Below are positions 11,310-21,348 of a stretch of 64,000 bases of DNA, piece after piece. The first letter of the stretch is position 1. Every line of letters begins with the position of its first letter. Under the pieces are notes generated by a model. That model was not told the DNA's origin. It ran no database searches and saw only the letters and a program-made list of their open reading frames with translations. The stretch is from Nitrospirota bacterium (GTDB taxonomy: Bacteria > Nitrospirota > Thermodesulfovibrionia > Thermodesulfovibrionales > Dissulfurispiraceae), in the NCBI GenBank assembly GCA_015233365.1, contig JADFXU010000003.1:41307-105306 (forward strand). Direction: 5' to 3'. The position numbers and the translations under genes were made by a program.

Positions 11310-11726
11310 ATGGAGAAATTTTGTGATAGTGATTTATACATTTCGATTTTTATAGTTGGCATCGTATTGACCGCGTTTGCTGCAGTTGCGTTATTCATAA
11401 ATCTTCCTCATACCAAAGGAACCAGATGGGAGTTATATGAAGCAAGCGACAAAGCCGCCGTTTATTATGATACGCGTTCAATCAGGCCGCTTTCATCTAA
11501 TCGTAAGTTAGTGAGGATTAAGGTTGTTTATACACCGGATGGGGTTCGGGATAATGTTGCAAAAATGGGTGAAACATATGCAGGCATTAAGGAAACTAGA
11601 AAATTATATGAAGTAAACTGCAAAGAGAGAAAAGTTTCCCTTCAGGGAACAGCATCTAATGCTGAAATAGAAATACCGACGATTCAGGTAAGAGGCGAGG
11701 ATTTATTCAAATCCATTTGCGACTAA
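11310..11726 (+). CDS. membrane-anchored hypothetical protein with a surface-adhesin-E-like fold pattern
   Basis: One N-terminal TM helix. The W-x-L/Y...YYDxxSI...V..KV......YEVNC pattern resembles Adhesin_E-type domains and is shared with ORF 40783..41271. The region looks AT-rich by eye. Confidence 0.5.
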   Translation: MEKFCDSDLYISIFIVGIVLTAFAAVALFINLPHTKGTRWELYEASDKAAVYYDTRSIRPLSSNRKLVRIKVVYTPDGVRDNVAKMGETYAGIKETRKLYEVNCKERKVSLQGTASNAEIEIPTIQVRGEDLFKSICD

Positions 11727-12105
11727 TTCCCGGCATAGACAGCGGCAAGGAAATCAATTGTTAATAATTCAGAATGATAGCTGCTTCAGAATTGAGGTTT
11801 TTCTGATATATCAGATGTCATATAAAAGCATTTACAGACAAGTCCTAACGCCTTCCAGATAAACAAGGGGGAATAAGTGCCTATACCTTTTATAAAATCG
11901 ATGCTCAAAAAGTCAGAGAACATGCGGTGCTGCTTCTGTTTTATGTGCTTTACACTATGTGGTAGGGCTAAGGCATTTTCTATACATTCGAGAGAGTGGG
12001 CCTCAACATGAAAAAATTCAAGATCAGGAAGGAAGTGTAGAACCAAAAGGGTTGCATGGTGCAATTATTATTGCTGCCTCAGGGCAAACAAGTTCGGAGA
12101 GAAAA

Positions 12106-12348
12106 GTGACAATAGAAGCTATCAACAGAATAGTTGATAAAGATCTTGGCGGAATACTAAGCGATGAAGAAGTAAAAGTCATTTCAAAATGCGTCGAGTG
12201 GCTACAGGCCGCGGAAAAAGTAGATTTGAGTTATAAAGAAGTTAAAACCGTGGCTACAAAGGCACATCAATTCTATGAAGCGAATCAACCGGAAGGTGGT
12301 TTTTATAACAAAGTATATATACTATTCAAAGCGCTTCGGAAAACATAA
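12106..12348 (+). CDS. hypothetical protein (start uncertain; the open frame extends back to 11959)
   Basis: The frame is open over 11959..12348. GTG 12106 follows GGAGAG. No family recognised. Confidence 0.3.
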   Translation: MTIEAINRIVDKDLGGILSDEEVKVISKCVEWLQAAEKVDLSYKEVKTVATKAHQFYEANQPEGGFYNKVYILFKALRKT

Positions 12349-12349
12349 G

Positions 12350-13141
12350 TTAAATACATGAGTCAAACGTCCCTGTAAATTCCCGGCATGTTACAAAGTG
12401 TCCTTTTTTCTTCAGCCAATGGAGATAGGTCCCAAGCTTACTTAGCATCTTTTCGCCATTAGGGTATTTCACCAATGCCGGGACACGCCACGCTCCGATA
12501 TCGGCAAATTCCCACGGATGGAAAAAAATATTCAGATAACCATCGTTCTTAAGGGACCATGATGATATTATCTTGAAAAACCAGAGCGGCGTATGCTTAA
12601 AACTCAACCAGAAAAGCGGGTACCGGATTACAGGGCTCGCAGAAACAGGCAGGTTCAGTAAATCCCCTCTCCGGTATGGCAAGCGCGGTTTTCCCAGGTT
12701 CATGTATCGTCCGGGAAGCCATATCGGGTTTTCCGAAGAACTGTAGGTATATCCCGCTTCCAAAAGGTCGGTTTGATTGACCGGACTAAATCTTGGGCTT
12801 CGGAACCCGTATATTTCTGCTCCTGTCAATGCCTCGATTTCGATGCGTGAGCGCAGCAAATTGTCCCTGTCGGGAACTGCGTCATGTAGGCCGTGAGAAG
12901 CTATTTCGTGTTTCCGCATTATTCTTTCCATGAGGTCCGGCCTGGATTGAGCAAAGAGTAAAGTTGTAAAGCAGGTTGCGCGGATGTCCAAACGATCAAG
13001 GAGGTCGAGCACCCGAAGCAGCCCTTCACTCGAAATCCTGATCTGATCCGGGAGACTTATATCTTGTCCATATTCAAGCGGCAAGTCGAATTCTTCGACA
13101 TCAAAGCTCAGCAGAACGCGCCTAGTGCTCCAATCAGTCAT
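12350..13141 (-). CDS. polysaccharide deacetylase family protein (CE4-like)
   Basis: 263 aa. LLSFDVEEFD N-terminal motif plus the EIASHGLHD and FHPWEF motifs typical of NodB/DUF3473-type deacetylases. Overlaps the upstream glycosyltransferase gene by 8 nt. Confidence 0.75.
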   Translation of the reverse strand: MTDWSTRRVLLSFDVEEFDLPLEYGQDISLPDQIRISSEGLLRVLDLLDRLDIRATCFTTLLFAQSRPDLMERIMRKHEIASHGLHDAVPDRDNLLRSRIEIEALTGAEIYGFRSPRFSPVNQTDLLEAGYTYSSSENPIWLPGRYMNLGKPRLPYRRGDLLNLPVSASPVIRYPLFWLSFKHTPLWFFKIISSWSLKNDGYLNIFFHPWEFADIGAWRVPALVKYPNGEKMLSKLGTYLHWLKKKGHFVTCREFTGTFDSCI

Positions 13142-15266
13142 ACCTGCCCGTCAGGTTTCTCCATCGGATAAGGATGACTTCCCGGAACATGAACATCGAC
13201 ATTGCTAAAAGCTTCCACCCTTTCTTGTAGACGTGATCTTCTCCGTCCGATACCTCGACTTCATCGATGCTGAAACGGTATTTTTTGGCAAGAAAAAGCA
13301 GCTCCGCATCGAAACTGAACCCGTTCACATGGCTCTTCCCGAAGATTTTAATTGCGGCTTCCCTGCGAAGGCCCTTCAAGCCGGCCTGGGTGTCCTGGAA
13401 GGGAAGACCGAGAAAATACCTCACCATCCCGTTAAACAATGTCCCGAGAAAAGCCCTTACAGCCCCGGTCCGCCCCATCAAACGCGCAGAAAGGCTGCGA
13501 GAGCCGATTACTACATCCGCGTTCCTCAACCGCCTCTCGATCAGTTTCAAATACCTCGGCGGATAAGCCATGTCAGCGTCCATAAAGCAGTATGCATCGG
13601 CCTCTACCATACGGGAACCGTTTCTGATTGCATATCCCTTGCCTTTGTTCTCCTCCTGCCTGTAAAAAGAGACCTTCTCCGTCTTCCGGTTTTGCAGGGC
13701 AGTCCTGAGCACCTCTGAAGTGCCGTCACTGGAACCATCGTCGACAAAAATAAAATGATACGCAGGATTCCGCTCCGAGAACCTGATTATGGATTCCACT
13801 GACCGAACGATGGTCTCTCTTTCGTTAAAGGCCGGCAAAACAACCGCTATACTGCGTATTTCAGCCGGGTCTGTGCCGCGCATAGGAGCAGGAGCAAAAG
13901 ACCCTACCCTGGTCTGCCTGAGCATTATCAAACTTGCGGCCCATAAAGTGATCGTACTGAACAGCACGAGACCGAAATCACGGAGGTACAGAAAAAAAAG
14001 AGCCCTGTCTATAGATGTCAGAATATGGCTTACCGCAACAAAGCAAAAAACAGCCTTCCACTCAACCGGCATATTGCCGTATTTGTGCCGCTCCCACAGT
14101 ATGCCGACAAGGATAATCACAAGCGGAATCGCCATTGAGACATAGTGAGGATGGAAAATAGGGCTGGACACAAACATCAGCGGGATGAATGCGCTCATGA
14201 ATGCCGCGTCTTTCAGTGTTGCGTCGACCTTTCCAGCAAACCACTTGCCTTTCCATCCGGAAGCGAGCAGTGTTATTGCGATCATGACAAAAGCGATTAT
14301 CCAGTGGGCGACGCGCACACCGGGGTCAGCCACTTTCGGGCGCCTCTTCATTTCAGGATGAATGATATTATGAATCACAACCATGGGTGAGTTGCTGTCG
14401 GTGCTTGTAATGCCTGTGAGTTCTCCGCCGAGACTGCCGCCTGTGTCACCCCTGAACCCGGCCACAAGGGTGTCCCGGTAAAAAGATTCATATGCCCCGA
14501 CTGTCTTCAACGGACCCATAACAATGACAGGCACGACGACCAATCCTGCAAAAAGCCCGGCAGCGCTTCCCAGTACCATTCTCCAGTCGCGCCGCCACAA
14601 AAGGAAAACAAGCAGGAGCACAGGGATCAGTTTTATGCATATCGCTCCGGAGAGCCAGAGACCGGCCCTGAACCGCCTGCCTTCCAGAACAGCAGCCAGG
14701 GCGAAACAGAGCAGGAACCCTATAATCAGTCCGACCTGCCCGCGCATCTGTGAGCGCCCTATAGCCGGAAGAAGAATGAGAAAGGGAATGACCCGCAAAG
14801 CCCACCACTGCCGAGAAAAGCGACGGCGTCCTGAAGCCGCATAACTTGAGGACCGGTTCCCGATGACATTTGCGAGTCTGTGAATGCCCGCAATCCCGGC
14901 GACAACAGTCAAAACGTACCAAATTCCAACGCTTGCCTTATAAGGCAAATATCCCGTTCGGTCCACACCGTCAGGGGGATCGGCGAACGGGGTCATCAGG
15001 ATAGCAAACAACGGCGGGTAAACGTAGTGCAGGTCGCGGTCATCAGTGATCTTGTATATGTCATGACCTGAGTTGACCGCCCATGCCGCCCGAAAGTAAG
15101 GACCGACATCGGTCATGCGTCTCTGCAAGTATGCTCCGCGAAACTCGACCCATATACCCAAAACGATAATAACAGTCACAAGCAGTACAAGCCCGATCTT
15201 ATGGGATGTACGAAGGGGTTCCGGTTGATTTTCCATCCAGGGTGTCGACACGGCAGTTTTCTCCAA
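13134..15266 (-). CDS. fusion protein: N-terminal polytopic GT-C (GT87/DUF2029-like) domain + C-terminal GT2 polyprenyl-phosphate glycosyltransferase-like domain
   Basis: 710 aa. About 12 predicted TM helices lie in the first ~460 aa, with YVYPPLFA and KLIPVLLL motifs as in DUF2029. The rest is a GT-A domain (VVLPAFNERETI...FVDDGSSDGT...MDADM). The track start is a TTG; ATG 15236 is an alternative. A TTGATA-N18-TATAAT promoter-like site lies at about 15280-15310. Confidence 0.75.
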   Translation of the reverse strand: MEKTAVSTPWMENQPEPLRTSHKIGLVLLVTVIIVLGIWVEFRGAYLQRRMTDVGPYFRAAWAVNSGHDIYKITDDRDLHYVYPPLFAILMTPFADPPDGVDRTGYLPYKASVGIWYVLTVVAGIAGIHRLANVIGNRSSSYAASGRRRFSRQWWALRVIPFLILLPAIGRSQMRGQVGLIIGFLLCFALAAVLEGRRFRAGLWLSGAICIKLIPVLLLVFLLWRRDWRMVLGSAAGLFAGLVVVPVIVMGPLKTVGAYESFYRDTLVAGFRGDTGGSLGGELTGITSTDSNSPMVVIHNIIHPEMKRRPKVADPGVRVAHWIIAFVMIAITLLASGWKGKWFAGKVDATLKDAAFMSAFIPLMFVSSPIFHPHYVSMAIPLVIILVGILWERHKYGNMPVEWKAVFCFVAVSHILTSIDRALFFLYLRDFGLVLFSTITLWAASLIMLRQTRVGSFAPAPMRGTDPAEIRSIAVVLPAFNERETIVRSVESIIRFSERNPAYHFIFVDDGSSDGTSEVLRTALQNRKTEKVSFYRQEENKGKGYAIRNGSRMVEADAYCFMDADMAYPPRYLKLIERRLRNADVVIGSRSLSARLMGRTGAVRAFLGTLFNGMVRYFLGLPFQDTQAGLKGLRREAAIKIFGKSHVNGFSFDAELLFLAKKYRFSIDEVEVSDGEDHVYKKGWKLLAMSMFMFREVILIRWRNLTGRYD

Positions 15267-15352
15267 TAACGTTAACGGCTGTAATGTATTATAGCTGCAT
15301 CATTTGCCGCGTATCAACACCAAAATTGAAAAAATGCATATGTGTGGAAGGA

Positions 15353-15519
15353 ACCGGCATGGGCAGGCTGTTTATCGGCCCGCTAAAACTTACCTTACCA
15401 ACACAATGTTCCTTGAAATTGCGCTATTCGAGGACATTCTCGGTTGGGGCTCGGCGTTACTCGCCCCCGCTCCAGTACACCCGTGCTATCGTTCCAATAA
15501 ACAGCCTGCCCATGCCGGT
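15353..15519. repeat. foldback element E1: 23-bp perfect inverted arms around a 121-bp core
   Basis: ACCGGCATGGGCAGGCTGTTTAT (15353-15375) is the exact reverse complement of 15497-15519. The core contains an internal hairpin, CCAAC-A-CAATGTTCCTTGAA/loop/TTCGAGGACATTC-TCG-GTTGG. Confidence 0.9.
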
Positions 15520-15573
15520 CCAATTTATTATTAAATTAATGACAGGATAAGGGGCGTCTCCTGTCCTCCTTGG

Positions 15574-16431
15574 TCAGAAAATCAGACGCTGGCGGGCCGC
15601 TTCATACAGGCAAACGGACACAGCCATGGCGACATTCAGGCTTTCGGCCCTGCCTATCACTGGGATCCTGAACAGCAGCCCGGATTTCTTCAGCAGGACA
15701 GCGCCTATGCCATGCGCCTCGTTTCCGAAAACAACAGCCACGGGCGTCCTGAAATCGGTTTCATAGAGAGAACGCGAGGCGTGGACATCCGCTCCATAGA
15801 GCATGATCCGCCTGTCCGACAGAAACTCAATTAGTTCTTCAATTTCTGCAAAGAGCACCGGCACGGTGAAAATGCTGCCCGCCGACGCCCTGATCGCTTT
15901 AGGCATGAATGGATCGCACGTCCCCGGTGTCAGCAGTACAGCATCTGCGCCTGCTGCATCGGATGCCCGGATAATAGTCCCGATATTGCCGGGGTCCTGT
16001 ATGCCGTCGCATATAACAAGCAATGGTATGTTCTTTGGCGATATCGCGTCAAGCGCAACAGTTTTAAGCGAAAGCACTGCCGCGATGCCCTGCGGCGTTT
16101 CGGTGTCGGCAAGTCTCTCGATGACCCGCCTGGATGTTTCGACAAGCTTGACGGATGTTTCCTTCAGCAGTTTTAAAAGCTGCCGCCCTCCACCCGAAGA
16201 AGAAAACTCTTCAGTGAAAAAAACGTGTTTCAGGTCCGCAATGGGGGAAGCATGCGCCATTTCCACAAGATGTGGGCCTTCAACTATAAAAACACCTTCT
16301 CTGTGCTTCCTGCGTTTTTCCTTTATTTTAAGAGCTTCCCTGATCAGCGGATTCGACGTGCCCGAAACCCTGCGCCCGGAAAAGTCTGACGGCCTCCCTG
16401 CTGTGGATCGTGAAGCGACGTTATCTTTCAT
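15574..16431 (-). CDS. TrmH/SpoU-family RNA 2'-O-methyltransferase (RlmB-like)
   Basis: 285 aa. SpoU substrate-binding N-domain followed by C-terminal SpoU methylase motifs (DGIQDPGNIGTIIRA, VVFGNEAHG, IPVIGRAESLNVAMA). Confidence 0.85.
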   Translation of the reverse strand: MKDNVASRSTAGRPSDFSGRRVSGTSNPLIREALKIKEKRRKHREGVFIVEGPHLVEMAHASPIADLKHVFFTEEFSSSGGGRQLLKLLKETSVKLVETSRRVIERLADTETPQGIAAVLSLKTVALDAISPKNIPLLVICDGIQDPGNIGTIIRASDAAGADAVLLTPGTCDPFMPKAIRASAGSIFTVPVLFAEIEELIEFLSDRRIMLYGADVHASRSLYETDFRTPVAVVFGNEAHGIGAVLLKKSGLLFRIPVIGRAESLNVAMAVSVCLYEAARQRLIF

Positions 16432-17294
16432 AGAGATATTTTGAACGGCGAAGGGGTAAACGTGATAATAAAGATCACCAGGGCCAGCAGTCCCACTGCT
16501 CTTCTTTTCGGGTCAAGAGGAGATTCCCAGTGCAGTACCGGCGGATGCTTTATACCGAGAACGAGCATCAGGACCGCCCATATGAGCCATCCTTCCCACC
16601 CGGAAAAACCAAGCAGAGAGGAAAGGCCGAGAACAGCCAGCAACACGACAAGGCACCGGGACACATAATGCTGCCGCTCGCCCAAAATCGCATATGCGAT
16701 ATGGCCCCCGTCAAGCTGACCGATAGGTATAAGGTTGAGAGAAGTTATGAAAAGTCCTATCCATCCGGCAAAGGCAACCGGATGGAGCAGGACATCGTAG
16801 TGTTCCGGCGTGACACCGAGGACCATACGGGAGAGCAATGAAAAAAGAATGGAATCGCCCAATGAAAGCGTGCCTTCCCCCCCTTGCGCCAGCGGAATGA
16901 CTTTCGATATGCTGAGGCCGATAACACAAGCCACCACGGAAACAATGAAGCCTGCGATCGGTCCCGAGGCTCCGATGTCGACAAGGGCCTTCCGGGTGAT
17001 GATCGGCGACTTCATTTTGATAAACGCGCCGAAAGTCCCGAAGATGGAGGGCGCCGGAATAAAATATGGCAGTGTCGCAACAGTGTGATTTTTTCTGGAT
17101 GCAATATAATGGGACAGCTCATGACAAAGCAATATAGTCATAAGCGTTCCCGCAAAAGGCAGCCCTTCAACAATTCTGCCCGGCGATTTAATGATATTGA
17201 TTCCCTGCTGAAGCGCACCCGCTGATAACGTTGACAGAAAAGTCAGGATGAAAAGACCTATATGAACATAAGGGATCCTGCGCCCATTGACCAT
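16428..17294 (-). CDS. site-2 protease family (peptidase M50) membrane metalloprotease
   Basis: 288 aa, polytopic. Contains the HELSHY zinc motif and the LNLIPIGQLDGGH motif. Confidence 0.85.
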   Translation of the reverse strand: MVNGRRIPYVHIGLFILTFLSTLSAGALQQGINIIKSPGRIVEGLPFAGTLMTILLCHELSHYIASRKNHTVATLPYFIPAPSIFGTFGAFIKMKSPIITRKALVDIGASGPIAGFIVSVVACVIGLSISKVIPLAQGGEGTLSLGDSILFSLLSRMVLGVTPEHYDVLLHPVAFAGWIGLFITSLNLIPIGQLDGGHIAYAILGERQHYVSRCLVVLLAVLGLSSLLGFSGWEGWLIWAVLMLVLGIKHPPVLHWESPLDPKRRAVGLLALVIFIITFTPSPFKISL

Positions 17295-17297
17295 GGC

Positions 17298-18659
17298 CTA
17301 TCGCCTCCCGCCGGTCATCAGTTTGCCTTTCACATCATAATCGTAAGCATCGGTAATTTCAACAGTGACAACATCACCTGTATTTACCGTGTCTTTTTTC
17401 CTCCGCCTCTCCGTGTCATTTTTTTCTTTTTCTATTATGACCATCCCGTCTATCTCCGGAGCATGCGAGTAGAGCCGCGCAAGAATAACGTCTTCCGCCG
17501 CCTCATCGACAATTGCCCTGAAGCGCCTGCCGACAAGTTCCCTGTTCTTTTCGAGCGAAATAAGCGCCTGCCGCTTCATGATTTCTTCAAATCTCCCGGC
17601 TTTCACCTTCCCGGGCACCTGTCCTTTAAGTGCAGCGGACGGCGTGCCTTCTTCCTTTGAGAACATAAAAGCGCCGAGCCTGTCAAAACGCATCTCCTCG
17701 ACAAAATCTACAAGCCCGTTGAAGTCCTCTTCCGTCTCGGACGGGAAGCCGACAATAAACGTAGTCCTGAGCGCAACTCCGGGTATCTCGTAGCGAAGTT
17801 TTCGTATGAGCTTGCGATATTCACTCCGAGTTCCCCTCCGCCCCATGAGCCTCAATATCCTGTCTTCAGAATGCTGGAGCGGGATGTCGAGGTACTTCTG
17901 AATTTTGTCCCCGCCAGCAATGCATTCGATCAAAGCCTCGCTGATCGCCGTGGGATACAGATACAACAGCCGGATATAAAAATCTCCGGGCAAAGATTCC
18001 AGATCGTGCAACAGCGCGACAAGGTCATACCCGTCGAGATCTCTGCCGTAACTCGTAATATCCTGGGCCACCAGGATTAATTCTCTTACCCCCGCCTGAA
18101 TGTACCCGGTCGCCTCAGCCATTATCAGTTCGGGGCGGATACTCCTGAATTTCCCCCGTATCGAGGGAATGACGCAGAAGGTGCACTTCTTGTTACACCC
18201 CTCTGCAATTTTCAGATAAGCGTAGGAAGAGGCCGTAGGGGAGGCTACAGGCGATAGGCTATGGGCTATAGATATTCTACTTTCACGTATTGCCTTTTGC
18301 CCCTTACCACCAGCCATATTTTTCTTGCAATATTCGATAATCTGAGCTTCCTCCCCTACCCCCCAAATCGCGTCGATTTCGGGGATTTCTTTTAACAGGT
18401 CGTCCCTGTACCGTTTGGCAAGGCATCCGAAAACAAGGAGTTTTTTCTTCCCTCCCTTGACACTCGCAAGCCTGAGGACCTCTTCCACAGACTCCTTCTT
18501 TGCGTCATTGATAAAGCCGCAGGTATTCACAAGGAGTATATCCGCATCACCCTCGCTATCCGAACTGACGAAGCCTTGTGCTGCGAATGCCTTGGCCAAA
18601 TGCCCTGAATCGGCAGTATTCTTTGGACATCCAAGAGTAGTAATGTGTATTTTAAGCAC
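17298..18659 (-). CDS. rimO: ribosomal protein S12 methylthiotransferase
   Basis: 453 aa. N-terminal TLGCPKNTADS (UPF0004), radical-SAM CNKKCTFC motif and a C-terminal TRAM domain. Confidence 0.9.
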   Translation of the reverse strand: MLKIHITTLGCPKNTADSGHLAKAFAAQGFVSSDSEGDADILLVNTCGFINDAKKESVEEVLRLASVKGGKKKLLVFGCLAKRYRDDLLKEIPEIDAIWGVGEEAQIIEYCKKNMAGGKGQKAIRESRISIAHSLSPVASPTASSYAYLKIAEGCNKKCTFCVIPSIRGKFRSIRPELIMAEATGYIQAGVRELILVAQDITSYGRDLDGYDLVALLHDLESLPGDFYIRLLYLYPTAISEALIECIAGGDKIQKYLDIPLQHSEDRILRLMGRRGTRSEYRKLIRKLRYEIPGVALRTTFIVGFPSETEEDFNGLVDFVEEMRFDRLGAFMFSKEEGTPSAALKGQVPGKVKAGRFEEIMKRQALISLEKNRELVGRRFRAIVDEAAEDVILARLYSHAPEIDGMVIIEKEKNDTERRRKKDTVNTGDVVTVEITDAYDYDVKGKLMTGGRR

Positions 18660-18781
18660 TTGGATTATTATATCAAAGCGCGTTCTAATTTTCCCTTACA
18701 CCTGTCGTGTTCTTATTTACATGAGGCTGCGGCTGTGCCGTTGTTGCAGTAAATGGATAATTCTGATAATCTTTCCTTGTT

Positions 18782-20902
18782 ATGTCATTCAAGGAAGCGC
18801 GCCTCAAGGATTCATTGAATCTCCTGATCATCTTCCTGATTCTCATTATTGCCGTCAATATCATGGGATACGTTTATTATCAAAACCAAAAGGACCACAT
18901 CACTAAAGAAAAACAGAATGAACTCCTGGCCATAGCTGATCTGAAGGTGGCCCAGATTGTTAACTGGCGCAACGAACGTCTGTCCGATTTATCCTTTATC
19001 AGTGACAACCCTCTGGTTGTTTCCCAACTTCATCAGTGGCTGCTCGACCCTAAGAAAAATAGGCTGAAAGAAGAGATATTGGCATGGATGAGGTCTTTGC
19101 ACAGGAACTTCAGTTATGACCGCGTGATCATTGTAAACTCTGCGGGAAGCTTACGACTTTTGATACCCGAAGGGCAGGAAGTCTTTGGGCCCAACGATAA
19201 AAGGCTGATAGCCGAGACAATAAAGTCCGGAAAGACGATCTTTTCGGACCTTTACAGGAGCAAGCTTGAGAAGGCCACCCGCCTCAGCCTCGTTGCGCCT
19301 ATTATTGTCCGTGCGGGGCAGAATAGAGGATTACCGGACGGGGCCTTCCTGCTTCGTATCAACCCTTATGTCTTTCTCTACCCGCTTGTTCAATCATGGC
19401 CTACACCGAGCCCTACTGCTGAGACACAGCTGGTCCGGCGGGAAGGCGATGAAGTGCTCTTTCTTAACGAGCTTCGCCATCAAAAGAACACGGCACTCGC
19501 CCTCCGGTGTCCTGTAAAGGAAAAAAACCGTGTTGCAGCCATGGCCGGAAGAGGTGTGGTTGGTATCGTCGAGGGAGTCGATTATCGCGGGGTCAGGGTC
19601 CTTGCGGCAATAAAACCCGTGCCTGGGTCGACGTGGATAGTCATTTCCAAGGTGGATGCGGAAGAGGTCTATGCACCCGTTCGGGAACGTTTCTGGATTG
19701 TTGTGCTCCTGGGGGGAGTTTTGCTGGTCGCTGCAGGGGTGGGCGTCGGGCTGGTCTGGAGCGATCAGCAAGCCCGGGCATACCGTAAACAATACGAGGC
19801 AGAACTCGAAAAACTCGCTCTCATCCGCCATTTTGAATATATCACCAGGTACGCCAATGATATAATTCTAATGACCGGCAGGGACGGCAGGATAATAGAG
19901 GCCAACGAAAAAGCAATTTCGTCCTATGGATATACGCGGGACGAATTGCGTCATGCCAATATGACCGACTTGCAGTCCCCGGACTCACTGGAGAATTATG
20001 AAATACAAATAAAGCGGCTTGAAGGCAGCGCGGAGAAGGGCTTGGTATTTGAAACAGTTCATCGGCGGAGGGACGGTACGACCTTCCCGGTTGAAGTGAG
20101 CGCGAGGGTGATCAGGATTGAAGGGGCCGACTTTTTTCAGAGTATCATCAGGGATATCAGCGAGCGGAAGCAGGCTGAAGACAAGCTCTCCCGGGCCATG
20201 GAGGAATTGAGCCGTTCGAATGAAGAACTTGAGAAGTTCGCCTATGTGGCGTCGCATGATCTGCAGGAACCGCTCCGCATGGTATCGAGCTTTGTACAAC
20301 TGCTGGAGAAACGGTATAAAGGAAAACTTGATCAGGACGCCGACGATTTCATAAATTTTGCGGTGGACGGCGCCAATCGAATGCAGACATTGATCACAGA
20401 CCTTCTCGCTTATTCCAGGGTGGGGAGACTCGGCAAAAAATTCGGGGAGACTTCCTGTGAGGCTGTGCTTGACCATGCGCTGTCAAACCTGCAGGCGGTT
20501 GTTGAAGAGACCGGTGCAGTCGTTACCCGCGGCCCATTACCGGCAGTGACCGGGGACGACTCCCAGCTTGTGCAACTGTTCCAGAACCTTATAGGCAATG
20601 CGATCAAGTTCTGCAAGGGCCGTTTGCCGAGTATTCATATTTCTGCTGAGCAAAGTGGAAACGCTTGGGTCTTCTCCGTCCGTGACAACGGGATCGGCAT
20701 ACCGCCTGAATATTCTGAGCGCATTTTCTCGATCTTCCAGCGGCTGCACGGCAGGCAGGAGTATCAGGGAACCGGTATAGGTCTTGCAATTTGCAGGAAG
20801 GTCGTTGAGCGGCATGGGGGAAAGATTTGGGTAAAGTCGGAACCTGGCACAGGCTCGACTTTTTATTTTACAATACCTGTGCAAAAGGAGATAAAATCAT
20901 GA
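18782..20902 (+). CDS. sensor histidine kinase (periplasmic Cache-like domain, PAS, HisKA, HATPase)
   Basis: 706 aa. Two TM helices flank a ~290-aa domain, followed by a PAS domain. H-box [14 protein letters not shown], then [15 protein letters not shown] and GTGIGLA. Confidence 0.85.
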   Translation: MSFKEARLKDSLNLLIIFLILIIAVNIMGYVYYQNQKDHITKEKQNELLAIADLKVAQIVNWRNERLSDLSFISDNPLVVSQLHQWLLDPKKNRLKEEILAWMRSLHRNFSYDRVIIVNSAGSLRLLIPEGQEVFGPNDKRLIAETIKSGKTIFSDLYRSKLEKATRLSLVAPIIVRAGQNRGLPDGAFLLRINPYVFLYPLVQSWPTPSPTAETQLVRREGDEVLFLNELRHQKNTALALRCPVKEKNRVAAMAGRGVVGIVEGVDYRGVRVLAAIKPVPGSTWIVISKVDAEEVYAPVRERFWIVVLLGGVLLVAAGVGVGLVWSDQQARAYRKQYEAELEKLALIRHFEYITRYANDIILMTGRDGRIIEANEKAISSYGYTRDELRHANMTDLQSPDSLENYEIQIKRLEGSAEKGLVFETVHRRRDGTTFPVEVSARVIRIEGADFFQSIIRDISERKQAEDKLSRAMEELSRSNEELEKFAYVASHDLQEPLRMVSSFVQLLEKRYKGKLDQDADDFINFAVDGANRMQTLITDLLAYSRVGRLGKKFGETSCEAVLDHALSNLQAVVEETGAVVTRGPLPAVTGDDSQLVQLFQNLIGNAIKFCKGRLPSIHISAEQSGNAWVFSVRDNGIGIPPEYSERIFSIFQRLHGRQEYQGTGIGLAICRKVVERHGGKIWVKSEPGTGSTFYFTIPVQKEIKS

Positions 20903-21348
20903 AGAATACCGATCAGCCTATCGAAATTTTACTGGTAGAGGACAATCCCGGCGACGTTCGTTTGACCGTCGAAGTACTGAAGGATGCCAGAGTTCGTAAC
21001 AATATGAACATGGTCAATGACGGAGCCGAGGCACTGGCCTTTCTAAGGCACGAAGGGAAATACTCTGCCGCCCCGCGTCCGGACCTTATACTGCTTGACC
21101 TGAACCTGCCTAAGAAGGACGGCAGGGAAGTGCTGGCTGAAATAAAGGCTGACCCCGATCTGAAGCGCATCCCAGTGGTCGTGCTGACCGTCTCCAAAGA
21201 TGAAGTGGATATACTGAAGTCCTACGACCTGTATGCCAACTGTTATATTACGAAACCGATCAATCTGGAGCAGTTCATCACTGTAGTGAGATCCATTGAG
21301 GATTTCTGGCTGACCATTGTGAAATTGCCGCCGAACGTCGACAAATGA
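20899..21348 (+). CDS. stand-alone receiver (CheY/Rcp1-like response regulator)
   Basis: The start [19 protein letters not shown] overlaps the kinase stop (ATGA). [14 protein letters not shown] phospho-acceptor region and a KP motif. Confidence 0.9.
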   Translation: MKNTDQPIEILLVEDNPGDVRLTVEVLKDARVRNNMNMVNDGAEALAFLRHEGKYSAAPRPDLILLDLNLPKKDGREVLAEIKADPDLKRIPVVVLTVSKDEVDILKSYDLYANCYITKPINLEQFITVVRSIEDFWLTIVKLPPNVDK

